A stretch of DNA of 64,000 bases, from contig CAVTHK010000009.1 in assembly GCA_963734495.1 (NCBI GenBank), positions 192,001-256,000 on the forward strand. The letters are read 5' to 3'. This document shows positions 1-9,615 of this stretch, piece after piece (positions within the stretch are counted from its first letter, which is position 1; each line of letters begins with the position of its first letter). The DNA comes from an uncultured Spirochaetota bacterium. Its GTDB lineage: Bacteria > Spirochaetota > Spirochaetia > SZUA-6 > CAVTHK01. The notes beneath the pieces are model-generated. The model was not told where the DNA came from and ran no database searches. It worked only from the letters and a program-made list of their open reading frames with translations. The position numbers and the translations under genes are program-made.

Positions 1-1176
1 AGAGCCGGTAGAAGGCCATCTTCTCCACGTGGCTGCCCACGCGCACGGCGTTGATGGAGAGCTCCCTCATACGGCTGAGGTCGCGCGCGAGGAGCTCCCG
101 CGTGACTTCGCTGCCCCACTGGCTGGAGAAGTACCGCATTCCGCGGGCAAACACCCTGCGCCCGTTGAGGAACCACTGGCCCGTCCCGGCGTCGACCCGG
201 ATCTCGCGGATTCCGAACGTCTCCTGCTTTCGATCGAGGATCGCGTCGCCGTCGAGGAGAGCGAGGGTCATGAGGTAGAGGTTGGGATCCCCGTGATCCC
301 AGCACCACCACAGGTTCGGCTTCGCGACAGTGTGAACCACCCTGACCGTGTTCAGGCCCGGCTGCACGAACAGCGCCTTTTCCCGCTCGACCGCTTCGCC
401 GCCGGAGAAGTTCGAGCCGCGCGCCTCGAGGCGAAGAAGGAGCGGCCGGGGCTTGTCGGTGACGTTCACGATCTGCAGCTTGATCGAGAGGATCGCCGTT
501 CCGTCCAGGGCGTCGTCGTGGAGAGCATCCCGCACGAGGTGCGGGGTGATTTTCACGCGCTCGATGTAGATCGGCGCGTGGCTCGACGCAGCTCCACATC
601 CTGCCAGATCCCCCCCGTGTTGGCGTCCTGCCCGAACCTGGTACGGTGCCCGGGGCGGTGGTAGAAGTTCAGCAGCGAGCCCTTGACCAGGGTATGGCCG
701 ACCGGCCACCTCTCCTTGTACTCGTCGGATACGGGCCACTCCGTGCCCGGCTTCTTGGGGATCTCCCGGTATTCGACGTCATCGTAGGGCGAATCGACCC
801 TCACGACCAGCCGATTGGCGCCGCGCTTGAGGCTGCCGAGAGTGCTCAGGGCGAACGGCGCGAAGTAGCCCTCGTGCCGGCCGAGGTGCTTCCCGTTAAG
901 CCAGACGTCGGCGGTGTAGTCCACGCCGTGGAACACCAGGTCGTGCTCCCTGCCGTCGGGATCGTCGCGGACCTCGAAGTCCCGCGCAAACCAGATGACT
1001 CCGTGGTAAGCGCCGACTTCGGTCAGGTACCAGTTGGCCGGGATGTCCATGGTTCGCCACCCTGAGATGTCGGTTGACGGCTGATGGAACTGGCCGGCGA
1101 CGCCCGTGCCCTTCTCGTCCTTGCGGTAGCGCCAGGAGCCGTTGAGGCTCGTGACCTTCCTCGCCTCGTCAATCAT
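1..1176 (-). CDS. Glycoside hydrolase family 2 (beta-mannosidase-like); runs off the left edge; one frameshift near 580
   Basis: Starts MIDEARKVTSLNGSWRY, with FHGVDY..VWLNGKHLGRHEGYFAPF and NTGGIWQDVEL. After the frame change it reads LWWCWDHGDPNLY...FLNGRRVFARGMRY...VRVGSHVE, colinear with the 3306..5540 protein. Confidence 0.85.
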
Positions 1177-1190
1177 GCGCTGCTCCGTTC

Positions 1191-2219
1191 CTACTCGATC
1201 TCGACGATCGAGCGGCGTTTCGCCGACTCCAGGATTGCGTGGGAGACGCGCAGCGTCTCGAAGCCGTCCATCGCGCTGACCAGGGGCTTGCTGCCCGTGA
1301 GTATGGCCTTCACGAAATCGTTGGTTTCCTCCTGGTACGACTTCTCGTCGAGATCGTCCTGCAGCATCTCCACGTTCTCGTACTCGTCGTCGTCCGTCTT
1401 GACGTGGAACTCGCGGCTGCACCAGATCCCGTTGTTCCCGATGGCGGTGCCCGACACGAAGGCCGTGCCTCTCTCCGCCAGCACGCCCCGGTTGTTGAAC
1501 CCTATGCGGCTCGACCAGCTCGCGTTGATGACCGCGGAGGCTCCGCTCCTGAGGCGCATCAGAACGTGCGAATTGTTGTCGAAGCCCTGCAGGTTGGCTG
1601 CCGTGCTGTGCGTGATCCCGCAGACCGAGACCACCTCGTCGTTCATGATCCAGCGCATCATGTCGACGTCGTGCGAGAGGGACTCGACGGTCATCCCGCA
1701 GAGGGTGGCCTGGTCGGTGCGCCAGTTCTGCCCCTTGATCACGCCGAGCGCCCCCGCGCCCATTCCGAAGCGCTGGCACCAGAAGTGGTAGGGCTTGCCG
1801 AGGGTCCCTGCCGCCACGACGTCGTGCAGCCGGGAGTAGCCTTTGCGGTACCGCTGGTTGAACCCGGTCATCGCGACGACGCCTTTCTTCCTCGCCATCT
1901 CCACGATGGCCGCGCCGTCTTCGATCGTGATCGCGAGCGGCTTCTCGCAAAAGACATGCTTGCCCGCGCCCATGGCCTCCACCGCATACTGACGCCGGAA
2001 CCCCGGCGGCGTGAGGATGTACACGGCGTCGACCTTGCCGAGGCACTCCGAAAGCCTCTCGTACGGCTTGCCGCCCCATTGAGCCGCAAAGGCCTCGCGT
2101 TTCTCCTTGACGACGTCGACGGCGCCGACGATCTCCGCGTCCGGGTGCCCCTTGAGCGCAAACCCGTGCTGGCGCGCTATTCCCCCTGTGCCCACCACTG
2201 CGACCCTTACCTTCGCCAC
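1191..2219 (-). CDS. Gfo/Idh/MocA family oxidoreductase
   Basis: Rossmann motif VAVVGTGGIA, GKHVFCEKPLA, GFNQRY, SHDVD; GTG start at 2219 after a GGAGG RBS. Confidence 0.9.
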   Translation of the reverse strand: MAKVRVAVVGTGGIARQHGFALKGHPDAEIVGAVDVVKEKREAFAAQWGGKPYERLSECLGKVDAVYILTPPGFRRQYAVEAMGAGKHVFCEKPLAITIEDGAAIVEMARKKGVVAMTGFNQRYRKGYSRLHDVVAAGTLGKPYHFWCQRFGMGAGALGVIKGQNWRTDQATLCGMTVESLSHDVDMMRWIMNDEVVSVCGITHSTAANLQGFDNNSHVLMRLRSGASAVINASWSSRIGFNNRGVLAERGTAFVSGTAIGNNGIWCSREFHVKTDDDEYENVEMLQDDLDEKSYQEETNDFVKAILTGSKPLVSAMDGFETLRVSHAILESAKRRSIVEIE

Positions 2220-2247
2220 CCGAACCCTCCTGATCTCCCGCGATTCT

Positions 2248-3120
2248 TCACCTGGCCTGAATCTCGTTCCACACCGAAGGCTCCTCACGGCCCGCTCCGT
2301 CAACCGTGACGAGGTCCCCGTCCTTGCACGCTTCGTACATGGCCTCGAGCATCGGCATGCTGAAGCCCGCGGCCCGCGCCTGCCGGAAGTAGTACTCCCA
2401 CTCGGAGAACTCGAAGGAGAAGCCCGCGATCTCGCCGCTGCGGATCGCCCGGCAGAGGACGGCGTACCGGTCCGCGGAGTCCGGAGCCACGTCGAGCGCA
2501 CGAAGGATCAGCTCGATATCCAGGCCGCTGCGGAGACCGAAATTGACGACTTCGAGCCGGGCCATATCCGGAAGCCGCACCGTGAGCTGCTGCACGACCT
2601 TGGCGATCTGGCCCATCCCGATCGGACCGCAGTACACCAGTTTGGTCGCGTCTCCGGCCGCCTCGAACAGGGGCCAGCAGCTCATGGCAACCGCCCGGTC
2701 GCCCCCGACGAACATCCGAAGGCTCCCGCGGGCTGCACCCTCGCGGCCGCCGCTGATGGGCGCGTCGAGGTACTGGGCGCCGCGCCCGGCAAAAGCCGCG
2801 CCGATCCGGCGCGCGTCGGGGACCGGCACCGTGCTGTGGTCGATAAAGACCTGGCCCTTCCTGCAGCCGGGGACGAGACGCTCTTCCGCGAGGCGGATCG
2901 AGTCGCGGCCCTCGACGCACGTGGTCACGATGCCGCAGCTTTCGAGCAGCTCCTCGACGGTCGCTGCCGTTTCGGCCCCGGCCGCCGCAAGCGCGGCTGT
3001 CGCTTCGGGCCGTTTGTCGTGGCAGCGCAGGTGAAATCCCGATCGCAGGAGGTTGGCGGCGATTCCTCCGCCCATCTTGCCCAACCCGATGAAGCCTATG
3101 GTCGTCGATCTCGGATCCAT
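2248..3120 (-). CDS. NAD(P)-dependent oxidoreductase, 3-hydroxyisobutyrate/beta-hydroxyacid dehydrogenase family
   Basis: IGFIGLGKMGG, DAPISGG, FVGGD, GQIAKVVQQ; GGAGG RBS before ATG 3120. Confidence 0.88.
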   Translation of the reverse strand: MDPRSTTIGFIGLGKMGGGIAANLLRSGFHLRCHDKRPEATAALAAAGAETAATVEELLESCGIVTTCVEGRDSIRLAEERLVPGCRKGQVFIDHSTVPVPDARRIGAAFAGRGAQYLDAPISGGREGAARGSLRMFVGGDRAVAMSCWPLFEAAGDATKLVYCGPIGMGQIAKVVQQLTVRLPDMARLEVVNFGLRSGLDIELILRALDVAPDSADRYAVLCRAIRSGEIAGFSFEFSEWEYYFRQARAAGFSMPMLEAMYEACKDGDLVTVDGAGREEPSVWNEIQAR

Positions 3121-3147
3121 GATTCCTCCGGCTCGCCTCGAAGTCGG

Positions 3148-3175
3148 CTTATACACCCGCCCCGGGCGGTGTCAA
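3148..3175 (-). promoter_or_regulatory. Putative sigma70 promoter for the leftward dehydrogenase/GH2 operon
   Basis: Minus strand TTGACA-N16-TATAAG. Confidence 0.55.
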
Positions 3176-3240
3176 GTCGTGCTTTCCTCCCGCGCTGTCC
3201 GGCGGACGCCTACGCGGCCCGGGGGCCTCGGGACCTCAAC

Positions 3241-3269
3241 TTGACAGGTGCGGACCCCGGAACTACAAC
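3241..3269 (+). promoter_or_regulatory. Putative sigma70 promoter for the GH2-epimerase operon
   Basis: TTGACA-N17-TACAAC, upstream of a GAGGAGG RBS. Confidence 0.6.
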
Positions 3270-3305
3270 GCCCCATGTCTTCTCGTCGCCTGAGGAGGAT
3301 CGATC

Positions 3306-5540
3306 ATGTCCGAACAAGTGGCACGGCTCGCGGTGGACCTGGGAGGAAGTTGGTTGTACCGCCAGGACCCTGAACGGCGGGGCGACAGGCTGGGCTACTC
3401 GGAGCCGGCACTTTCGCGCGCCGACTGGAAGCCGATGAACGTGCCCAACAACTGGTACCTGACCGAAGTTGGGGACTACGACGGCGTCGTCTGGTTCCAG
3501 CGCAGCTTCCGGGTTCCTTCGGAGATGAAGGGCCGGAGAATCAGCCTCCGATTCCGGGCGGTGGACTACATCGCCCGCGTCTGGCTCAACGGGACTTACC
3601 TCGGACGCCACGAGGGGTACTTCAACCCGTTCGAGTTCGACGTTACGGATGCGCTCACGACCGGGGACAACTGCCTCGTGGTCGAAGTCGACTCCCCGAG
3701 AGACCCGACCGAGTATGTTCTCCTGCCCAATCCGCAGAACCTCGCCACACCGCTGTCCACGCCGTACAAGCGGCACCAGGCCAGGGCGCTGACCACCGTC
3801 AAAGGGCATCTCATCGACGCCATGCACCGTCCGGGCGCGATGACCAGCTTCCGCCAGGACGGCAATACCGGCGGCATCTGGCAGACGGTCGAGCTGATCG
3901 CCCGGGGGCCGGTCCAGATCGCATACGACAAGATCACCTGTACGATCGTCGAGCGCGACTTCGTGCCCGACGGATCGGCCCTGGTCTCGGTGGACGTGGA
4001 GCTGGAGAACAGGACCGGCAGGGTGATCGAGGTCGACGCAGGGCTCCGCATCACCCCTGAGAACTTCGAGGAGGCCCTCGAGCTCGAGCGCGTGAGACGC
4101 GTGGAGCTGCAGCCCGGGCGGAACGCCTTGAAGCTCGTGCTCACCATCCCCAAAGCCCGGCTGTGGTCGACGTGGGACCACGGCGATCCGAATCTCTATC
4201 GGGCCGAGATCCGGGTCGATCGGGAGGGGCAGCGCGACGACGAGGTGAGCGAGGCGTTCGGCGTGAAGAGCGTGCGCCATGATGAAGCCACCGGACACTG
4301 GTGGCTGAACGGCAGGAGGGTGTTCCTCCGCGGGATGCGCTACTACTCCAGCATGTACATGAGCGAGGTCACGACCGCCCGCATCCGCAAAGACCTCGAC
4401 GAGATGCTGGCCATGAAGATCAACTCGATCCGCATCGGAAGCCACGTCGAGCTGGATTCGTTCTACGACCTGTGCGACCGGATGGGCTTTCTCGTGTGGC
4501 AGAACTTCCCTCTGCACTACTGCTACAGCGACAGCGACGAGCTGATCGAGCGCGCCGGCGTGATGATGCGGGACATGGTGCGGATGCTCCACAACCACGC
4601 CTGCGTCGGCATGTGGAGCGTGTTCAAGGAGCCGCAGATCTACGGGCTGCCCGACATGCCGAACAACTACGGCAGGCTCTGCCAGGTGCTCTACGAGACC
4701 GGCAAGACGGTCGACCCGATCCGCTGGATGCACAAGGGCGACTACCAGGAGGGAGTTCAGAACCTCATGACCGGTTGCTGCCAGCCCGGTGACCTCGACA
4801 TGAAGCGCATCCGCATCGAGCCGAACATCGTCGAGTTCGGCTCTCACGCCCTGCCGCCCCTGAAAAGCCTGAAGAAGATCATCCCGGAAAAGGACCTCTG
4901 GCCGCCCAACTGGGACGTCTGGGAGTACTGGTGCTTCTTCTACGACCTGCAGGTCCGATTCACGAAGCTCGACCTGAGCGTCGGCTCCCTGGAGGATCTG
5001 ATCGCGCAGTCGCAGGCGATCGAGGCGAAGACGATCAAGGAGCAGATCGAGTTCTTCCGCCAGCGCAAGTACTCGCCGGTGGGATCGATGTATCTCTACT
5101 ACTGGAGCGATCCGGCTCCGACGATCGGCTCGGGGCTGATCGACTATTTCGGCGAGAAGCTCCCCGCGTACGAGAGCATGAAGGGCGTGTACACCCCCGT
5201 GCTGGTCTGCCTGGAGTGGAACAAGGATCCTTACATCATCGGCTACGAGAAGTTCTGGAAGCCGGCCGACCTTTTCGTGGCGAAGGTCTGGGTGATCAAC
5301 GACCAGGATCGGGACGTACCGGCCCGGCTGACCTGGCAGCTGACCGGAGAACGAGGCGGCGCGCCGGTGCTGTCGCGCGAGCTCGACCTCGTGCTGCCCG
5401 CCGACAGCGCCAAGGTCGTCGACACCGTCACCTGGCCGATTCCGCGCGGAACCTCCGGCCGGCATCTCGTGTCCATGAAGGTCGCCGACGACAAGGGGGC
5501 GGTCCTGTCGCGAAACACCTTCGACTTCACCGTCAGGTAG
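3306..5540 (+). CDS. Glycoside hydrolase family 2 (beta-mannosidase-like)
   Basis: Intact 744 aa ORF. N-terminal sugar-binding domain (FRAVDYIARVWLNG..HEGYFNPFEFDVT), YDLCDRMGFLVWQNF, candidate acid/base WSVFKEP, candidate nucleophile IVEFG. Confidence 0.9.
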   Translation: MSEQVARLAVDLGGSWLYRQDPERRGDRLGYSEPALSRADWKPMNVPNNWYLTEVGDYDGVVWFQRSFRVPSEMKGRRISLRFRAVDYIARVWLNGTYLGRHEGYFNPFEFDVTDALTTGDNCLVVEVDSPRDPTEYVLLPNPQNLATPLSTPYKRHQARALTTVKGHLIDAMHRPGAMTSFRQDGNTGGIWQTVELIARGPVQIAYDKITCTIVERDFVPDGSALVSVDVELENRTGRVIEVDAGLRITPENFEEALELERVRRVELQPGRNALKLVLTIPKARLWSTWDHGDPNLYRAEIRVDREGQRDDEVSEAFGVKSVRHDEATGHWWLNGRRVFLRGMRYYSSMYMSEVTTARIRKDLDEMLAMKINSIRIGSHVELDSFYDLCDRMGFLVWQNFPLHYCYSDSDELIERAGVMMRDMVRMLHNHACVGMWSVFKEPQIYGLPDMPNNYGRLCQVLYETGKTVDPIRWMHKGDYQEGVQNLMTGCCQPGDLDMKRIRIEPNIVEFGSHALPPLKSLKKIIPEKDLWPPNWDVWEYWCFFYDLQVRFTKLDLSVGSLEDLIAQSQAIEAKTIKEQIEFFRQRKYSPVGSMYLYYWSDPAPTIGSGLIDYFGEKLPAYESMKGVYTPVLVCLEWNKDPYIIGYEKFWKPADLFVAKVWVINDQDRDVPARLTWQLTGERGGAPVLSRELDLVLPADSAKVVDTVTWPIPRGTSGRHLVSMKVADDKGAVLSRNTFDFTVR

Positions 5541-5549
5541 GAGCGGATC

Positions 5550-6335
5550 GTGGTCAGACTCTCCATTTCCTCTCTCTCGGCGGACGGGTTTGCCGACAAC
5601 GACTACGTGCGGACGTTCGAGCTGTTCCCGCGTCTGGGCTTTCGCTACGTGGAGTTCAATCTCTGGCACCCCTCGAGCCTGACGCCCGCCAAGATCGCGG
5701 ACATAGGGGAGCGGTGCGCGAAAGCGGGACTCGAGCCGACCGCGGCGTACTCGAGCGGCTTCGGCGGCAACATGGCCAAGGACGTGGGCCACAAGATCCG
5801 CATGATGGAGGCGGCCCGCGAGCTCGGCTGCCGGCGGATCGTGGCGTGCGGCGACAAGCGCGGGGACCCGAAGGCTCTCGACCAGCTCATCCGGGTCCTC
5901 AAGGAGCTCGTCCCCGCGGCCGAGGAGATGGACATTCTGGTCTGCCTCGAGAATCACGCGGACAACGTGCTGGAGACCGTGGAGGACTACCAGCGGATCG
6001 TGGACGCCATCGCGTCCGAGAAGGTCGGGATCTGCATCGATACCGGGCATTTTGAGGCGGCAGGCGTGAACATGAATGACCTCATCGATCGACTCGGCCG
6101 CCGGGTGAACCACATTCACCTCAAGGACAACAAGGAGTTCGGCGTCAAGAGATTCTGCCGGTTCGGCGAGGGGACCATCGACAACCACAACGTCATCAGG
6201 CGCATGCTTGCCCTCGGTTACGACGGCTACATCAACATCGAGCTTTCGCCCGAGATCGAGGGGGCCACGGGGCCGCTGGCGGCCGAGGACATCCTGGTGC
6301 CCAAGCGGATGTTCGAGGGATATGCCGCGGAGTAG
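5550..6335 (+). CDS. Sugar phosphate isomerase/epimerase (xylose-isomerase-like TIM barrel)
   Basis: Metal-binding motifs LENH, DTGH, HIHLKD and GYINIE. Confidence 0.88.
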   Translation: MVRLSISSLSADGFADNDYVRTFELFPRLGFRYVEFNLWHPSSLTPAKIADIGERCAKAGLEPTAAYSSGFGGNMAKDVGHKIRMMEAARELGCRRIVACGDKRGDPKALDQLIRVLKELVPAAEEMDILVCLENHADNVLETVEDYQRIVDAIASEKVGICIDTGHFEAAGVNMNDLIDRLGRRVNHIHLKDNKEFGVKRFCRFGEGTIDNHNVIRRMLALGYDGYINIELSPEIEGATGPLAAEDILVPKRMFEGYAAE

Positions 6336-6363
6336 GGCGACGCCGCTCGGGCGCGCAAAAAGT

Positions 6364-6391
6364 TTGACTTCCCCATGGGCCGTACTATGAT
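6364..6391 (+). promoter_or_regulatory. Putative sigma70 promoter for the sugar ABC operon
   Basis: TTGACT-N16-TATGAT, upstream of a GAGGAGG RBS. Confidence 0.55.
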
Positions 6392-6431
6392 GCCTCCATC
6401 ATCCCCGACCGGGGAAGAGGAGGTTACCCTC

Positions 6432-7746
6432 GTGGACAGGCGTTTGCTGATTCTCCTGATGCTGGCGCTCGTCGTGACGCAGGTCGCCTTCGCGACGGCG
6501 GCAAGGAGACGGCGGGAGCTTCGAAGGTCACCGAGCTGAACATGGCGTGGTGGGGAGCGCAGGCGCGCCACGACAAGTTCAACGCGATTCTGGACCTCTA
6601 CGAGAAGAAGAACCCGAGCATCAAGGTCATCCGCCAGTACGCCCCCTGGGGCGACTACTGGTCGAAGATGGCCACGCAGAGTGGCGGGCGGCACGCTGCC
6701 CGACTGCTTCGGCATGGTCGCGCAGCAGAAGGGCGACTATGCGACCAAGGGAGCGATGACCCCGCTCAAGGAGTACGTGGACAGGGGCCTGATCGACATC
6801 AAGGACTTCAGCAAGGGCGCGATCGACGCGGGCAGCTACGACGGCGTGTTCTACATGGTGACGTTCGGCGACACGGCTTCGACGCTCGTCTACAACATGA
6901 GGATCCTCAAGGACGCGGGCTATCGCCGCGCCCGGGAACCCGATGAGCTACGACGAGCAGAAGGCCTACCTGGTCGGCCTGCAGGCCAAGCTCCCCAAGG
7001 GAGTCTGGGCTGAGCAGGACGACGGGGCCAAGTGGGAGCACGGGTTCGAGAATTTCGTGCGCCAGAGTGGCTACGAGCTCACGACTCCCGACGGCAAGAA
7101 GGTCGGCTACACCAAGGAGGTGCTCAAGGAGTACTTCGCGTTCTGGGGCGACCTGCTCAAGGCGGGCGTCATACCCCCGCCGACCGTCACGGCCGAGGAT
7201 GCGCCGCAAGCAGTGGGGCGACACCATCATGGCCAAGGGCCTGACCGCTCTCTGGTACACCAACGCGAACCAGGTGCCGGTCTACCAGGCCACGATGAAG
7301 GACGAGCTGAACATCGTGCGCTCGCCCATCGCCGACAACGCCAAGAGGCAGTACGTCGAGATGATCCAGCCCTCGGGATGGACCATCGCGAAGAGCTCCA
7401 AGTACAAGGACGAGTCAGCCAAGCTGATCAGCTGGTTCGCCAACGACCTCGAGGCCCAGAAGATCTTCGCCATGGAGCTGGGGTCCCCTGGTTCGGCCAG
7501 GGTCACCAAGGCCTCATCGACGGCCTCAAGCCGGACACCGACCTCCCGGACCGCGCGCGGAAGCGTGTCCTGGAGTTCATGGCCAAGGTCAGCGCCACGG
7601 TCGACGGCCACGCGGGCCGTGCCAGGAACGCGCCTGCCCTGATCACTGACATGCAGAAGAAGTACGCCGCGTACACGTTTGGCCAGATGACCCTCGACCA
7701 GGCGGTCGACGCGCACTTCAACTCGCTCGAAACGATCCTGCAGTAA
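6432..7746 (+). CDS. Carbohydrate ABC transporter substrate-binding protein (CUT1); multiple frameshifts
   Basis: Signal peptide followed by MAWWG..RHDK, APWGDYWSKMATQ, GGTLPD and LVYN, spread across the 6542/6681/6943/7067 ORF fragments. Confidence 0.8.
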
Positions 7747-7813
7747 GGCTCTTTCCGCGGCCGGCGCCAGCCGCCGGCCGCGCGCCTGTTGTCACGGGAC
7801 AGGAGGTAACGGC

Positions 7814-8728
7814 GTGCGAGGCGCTGCTGCCAGAACGCCGCATGGGACCGCAACAAGTTCGGCTTCTTCTTCATGTCCCCCTGGGTGATCGGGTTCCTCG
7901 TCTTCAACCTCGATCCCGATTCTCTATTCGCTGTTCCTCTCGTTCACGAACTACGACTTGTTTACGGCGCCGCAGATCGAAGGCCTTCGCAACTACATCA
8001 ACCTCTTTACCCGTGATGCGCGTTTTCTCAAGGCCCTGAGCGTTACGGGCCGGTACGTGTTCATAGGCGTGCCGCTGCAGCTCCTCGTCGCGTTGCTGCT
8101 CGCCCTTGCCCTCAACCGGGACATCCCGGGGACCACGATCTTCCGGGCCCTGTTCTACCTGCCGGCCCTTCTGGGCGGCAGCGTGGCCATCTCGATCCTG
8201 TGGCGCCAGGTCTTCGGGTCCGACGGGATCGTGAATGGCGTGCTCGCCGGGCTGGGGCTGCCGGAAAGCGTCACCAAGATATCGTGGGTGACCCACCCCT
8301 TCTACACCCTCTACACTCTGATCATCCTGAGGGCGTGGCAGTTCGGCTCGCCGATGATCATCTTCCTGGCCGGTCTCAAGCAGGTGCCCGAGGAGTACTA
8401 CGAGTCGGCGTCCATCGACGGCGCGAGCGCGTTCGCCCAGTTCTGGCAGATCACGCTGCCGATGATCACGCCCATCGTGCTGTTCAACGTCGTGATGCAG
8501 ATCATATCGGCGTTCCAGGCGTTCACCCCTGCCTACATCGTCGGGGGCCGGGACGGCGGAACGATGGACGGGCTCCTGTTCTACACGCTCTACCTGTACA
8601 ACGTGGGCTTCACGTACTACCGCATGGGCCTCGCGTCGGCGATGGCCTGGATTCTCCTCGTGATCATCGCGGTCTTCACGGCGCTGGCCTTCAAAACCTC
8701 CAGCATGTGGGTCCACTACGAGGACTAG
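7814..8728 (+). CDS. Carbohydrate ABC transporter permease; frameshifted near the 5' end
   Basis: FFFMSPWVIGFL; EAA loop YYESASIDGAS..FWQITLPMITP; MGLASAMAW. Confidence 0.85.
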
Positions 8729-8737
8729 GGGCGCGTC

Positions 8738-9580
8738 ATGGTCAGGTCCAACAGTCTGGCGCGGGTGTTGCTCTTCGTGATCGTGTGCGTCGGCGCAGTC
8801 ATCTCGCTCTATCCGCTGGTGTGGATGGTCACCAGCTCGTTCAAGCCGGAGCACCTGATCTTCGAGGACAAGAGCCTGATGATCCGGGAGTTCACCCTCG
8901 GGAACTATGCCAAGGGCTTCAAGGGCATCGGCGGGACCACGTATCTGGAGTACCTCAGGAACACTTTTGTCATCGTGATTCCCGTAGTGTTCGCCAACCT
9001 GCTCTCGTGCTCCATGACCGGCTACGCGTTCGCGCGGCTGCAGTTCGCGGGCAAGCGCCTCGCGTTCCTGCTCATGCTGCTGACCATGATGCTCCCCATG
9101 CACGCCTCTCTGATCCCGCGCTACATCCTCTTCAACAAGCTGGGATGGATCAACAGCTTCAAGCCCATGATCATTCCGCATTTCTTCGGCATCGCGTCGT
9201 TCTTCGTGTTCCTGTTCGTGCAGTTCATGCGCGGCATCCCGAGAGAGCTGGACCACGCGGCGACCGTCGACGGCTGCGACCCGATCGCGATCTACTGGCG
9301 GATCATCCTCCCGCTGTCCACCCCTGCGCTGCTTACGACGGCGATCTTCACCTTCATCTGGACCTACGACGACTTCTTTTCGCAGCTCATCTACCTGAAC
9401 GATCCGAAGAAGTTCACGATCGCGCTCGCCCTGCGCCAGTACACCGACGCCTACGAGCTTTCGGCCTTCGGCACGCTCTTCGCGATGTCCGCCGTCTCGC
9501 TCCTGCCGGTGATGATCTTCTTTATCTCCTGCCAGAAGTACCTGGTGCAGGGCATCGTCACGACGGGTCTGAAAGGCTGA
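8738..9580 (+). CDS. Carbohydrate ABC transporter permease
   Basis: GYAFARL; EAA loop IPRELDHAATVDG; QKYLVQGIVTTGLKG. Confidence 0.92.
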   Translation: MVRSNSLARVLLFVIVCVGAVISLYPLVWMVTSSFKPEHLIFEDKSLMIREFTLGNYAKGFKGIGGTTYLEYLRNTFVIVIPVVFANLLSCSMTGYAFARLQFAGKRLAFLLMLLTMMLPMHASLIPRYILFNKLGWINSFKPMIIPHFFGIASFFVFLFVQFMRGIPRELDHAATVDGCDPIAIYWRIILPLSTPALLTTAIFTFIWTYDDFFSQLIYLNDPKKFTIALALRQYTDAYELSAFGTLFAMSAVSLLPVMIFFISCQKYLVQGIVTTGLKG

Positions 9581-9615
9581 CGCCGCACGCGCAGCCGGCG
9601 TGCGCCGGCCGCGCG

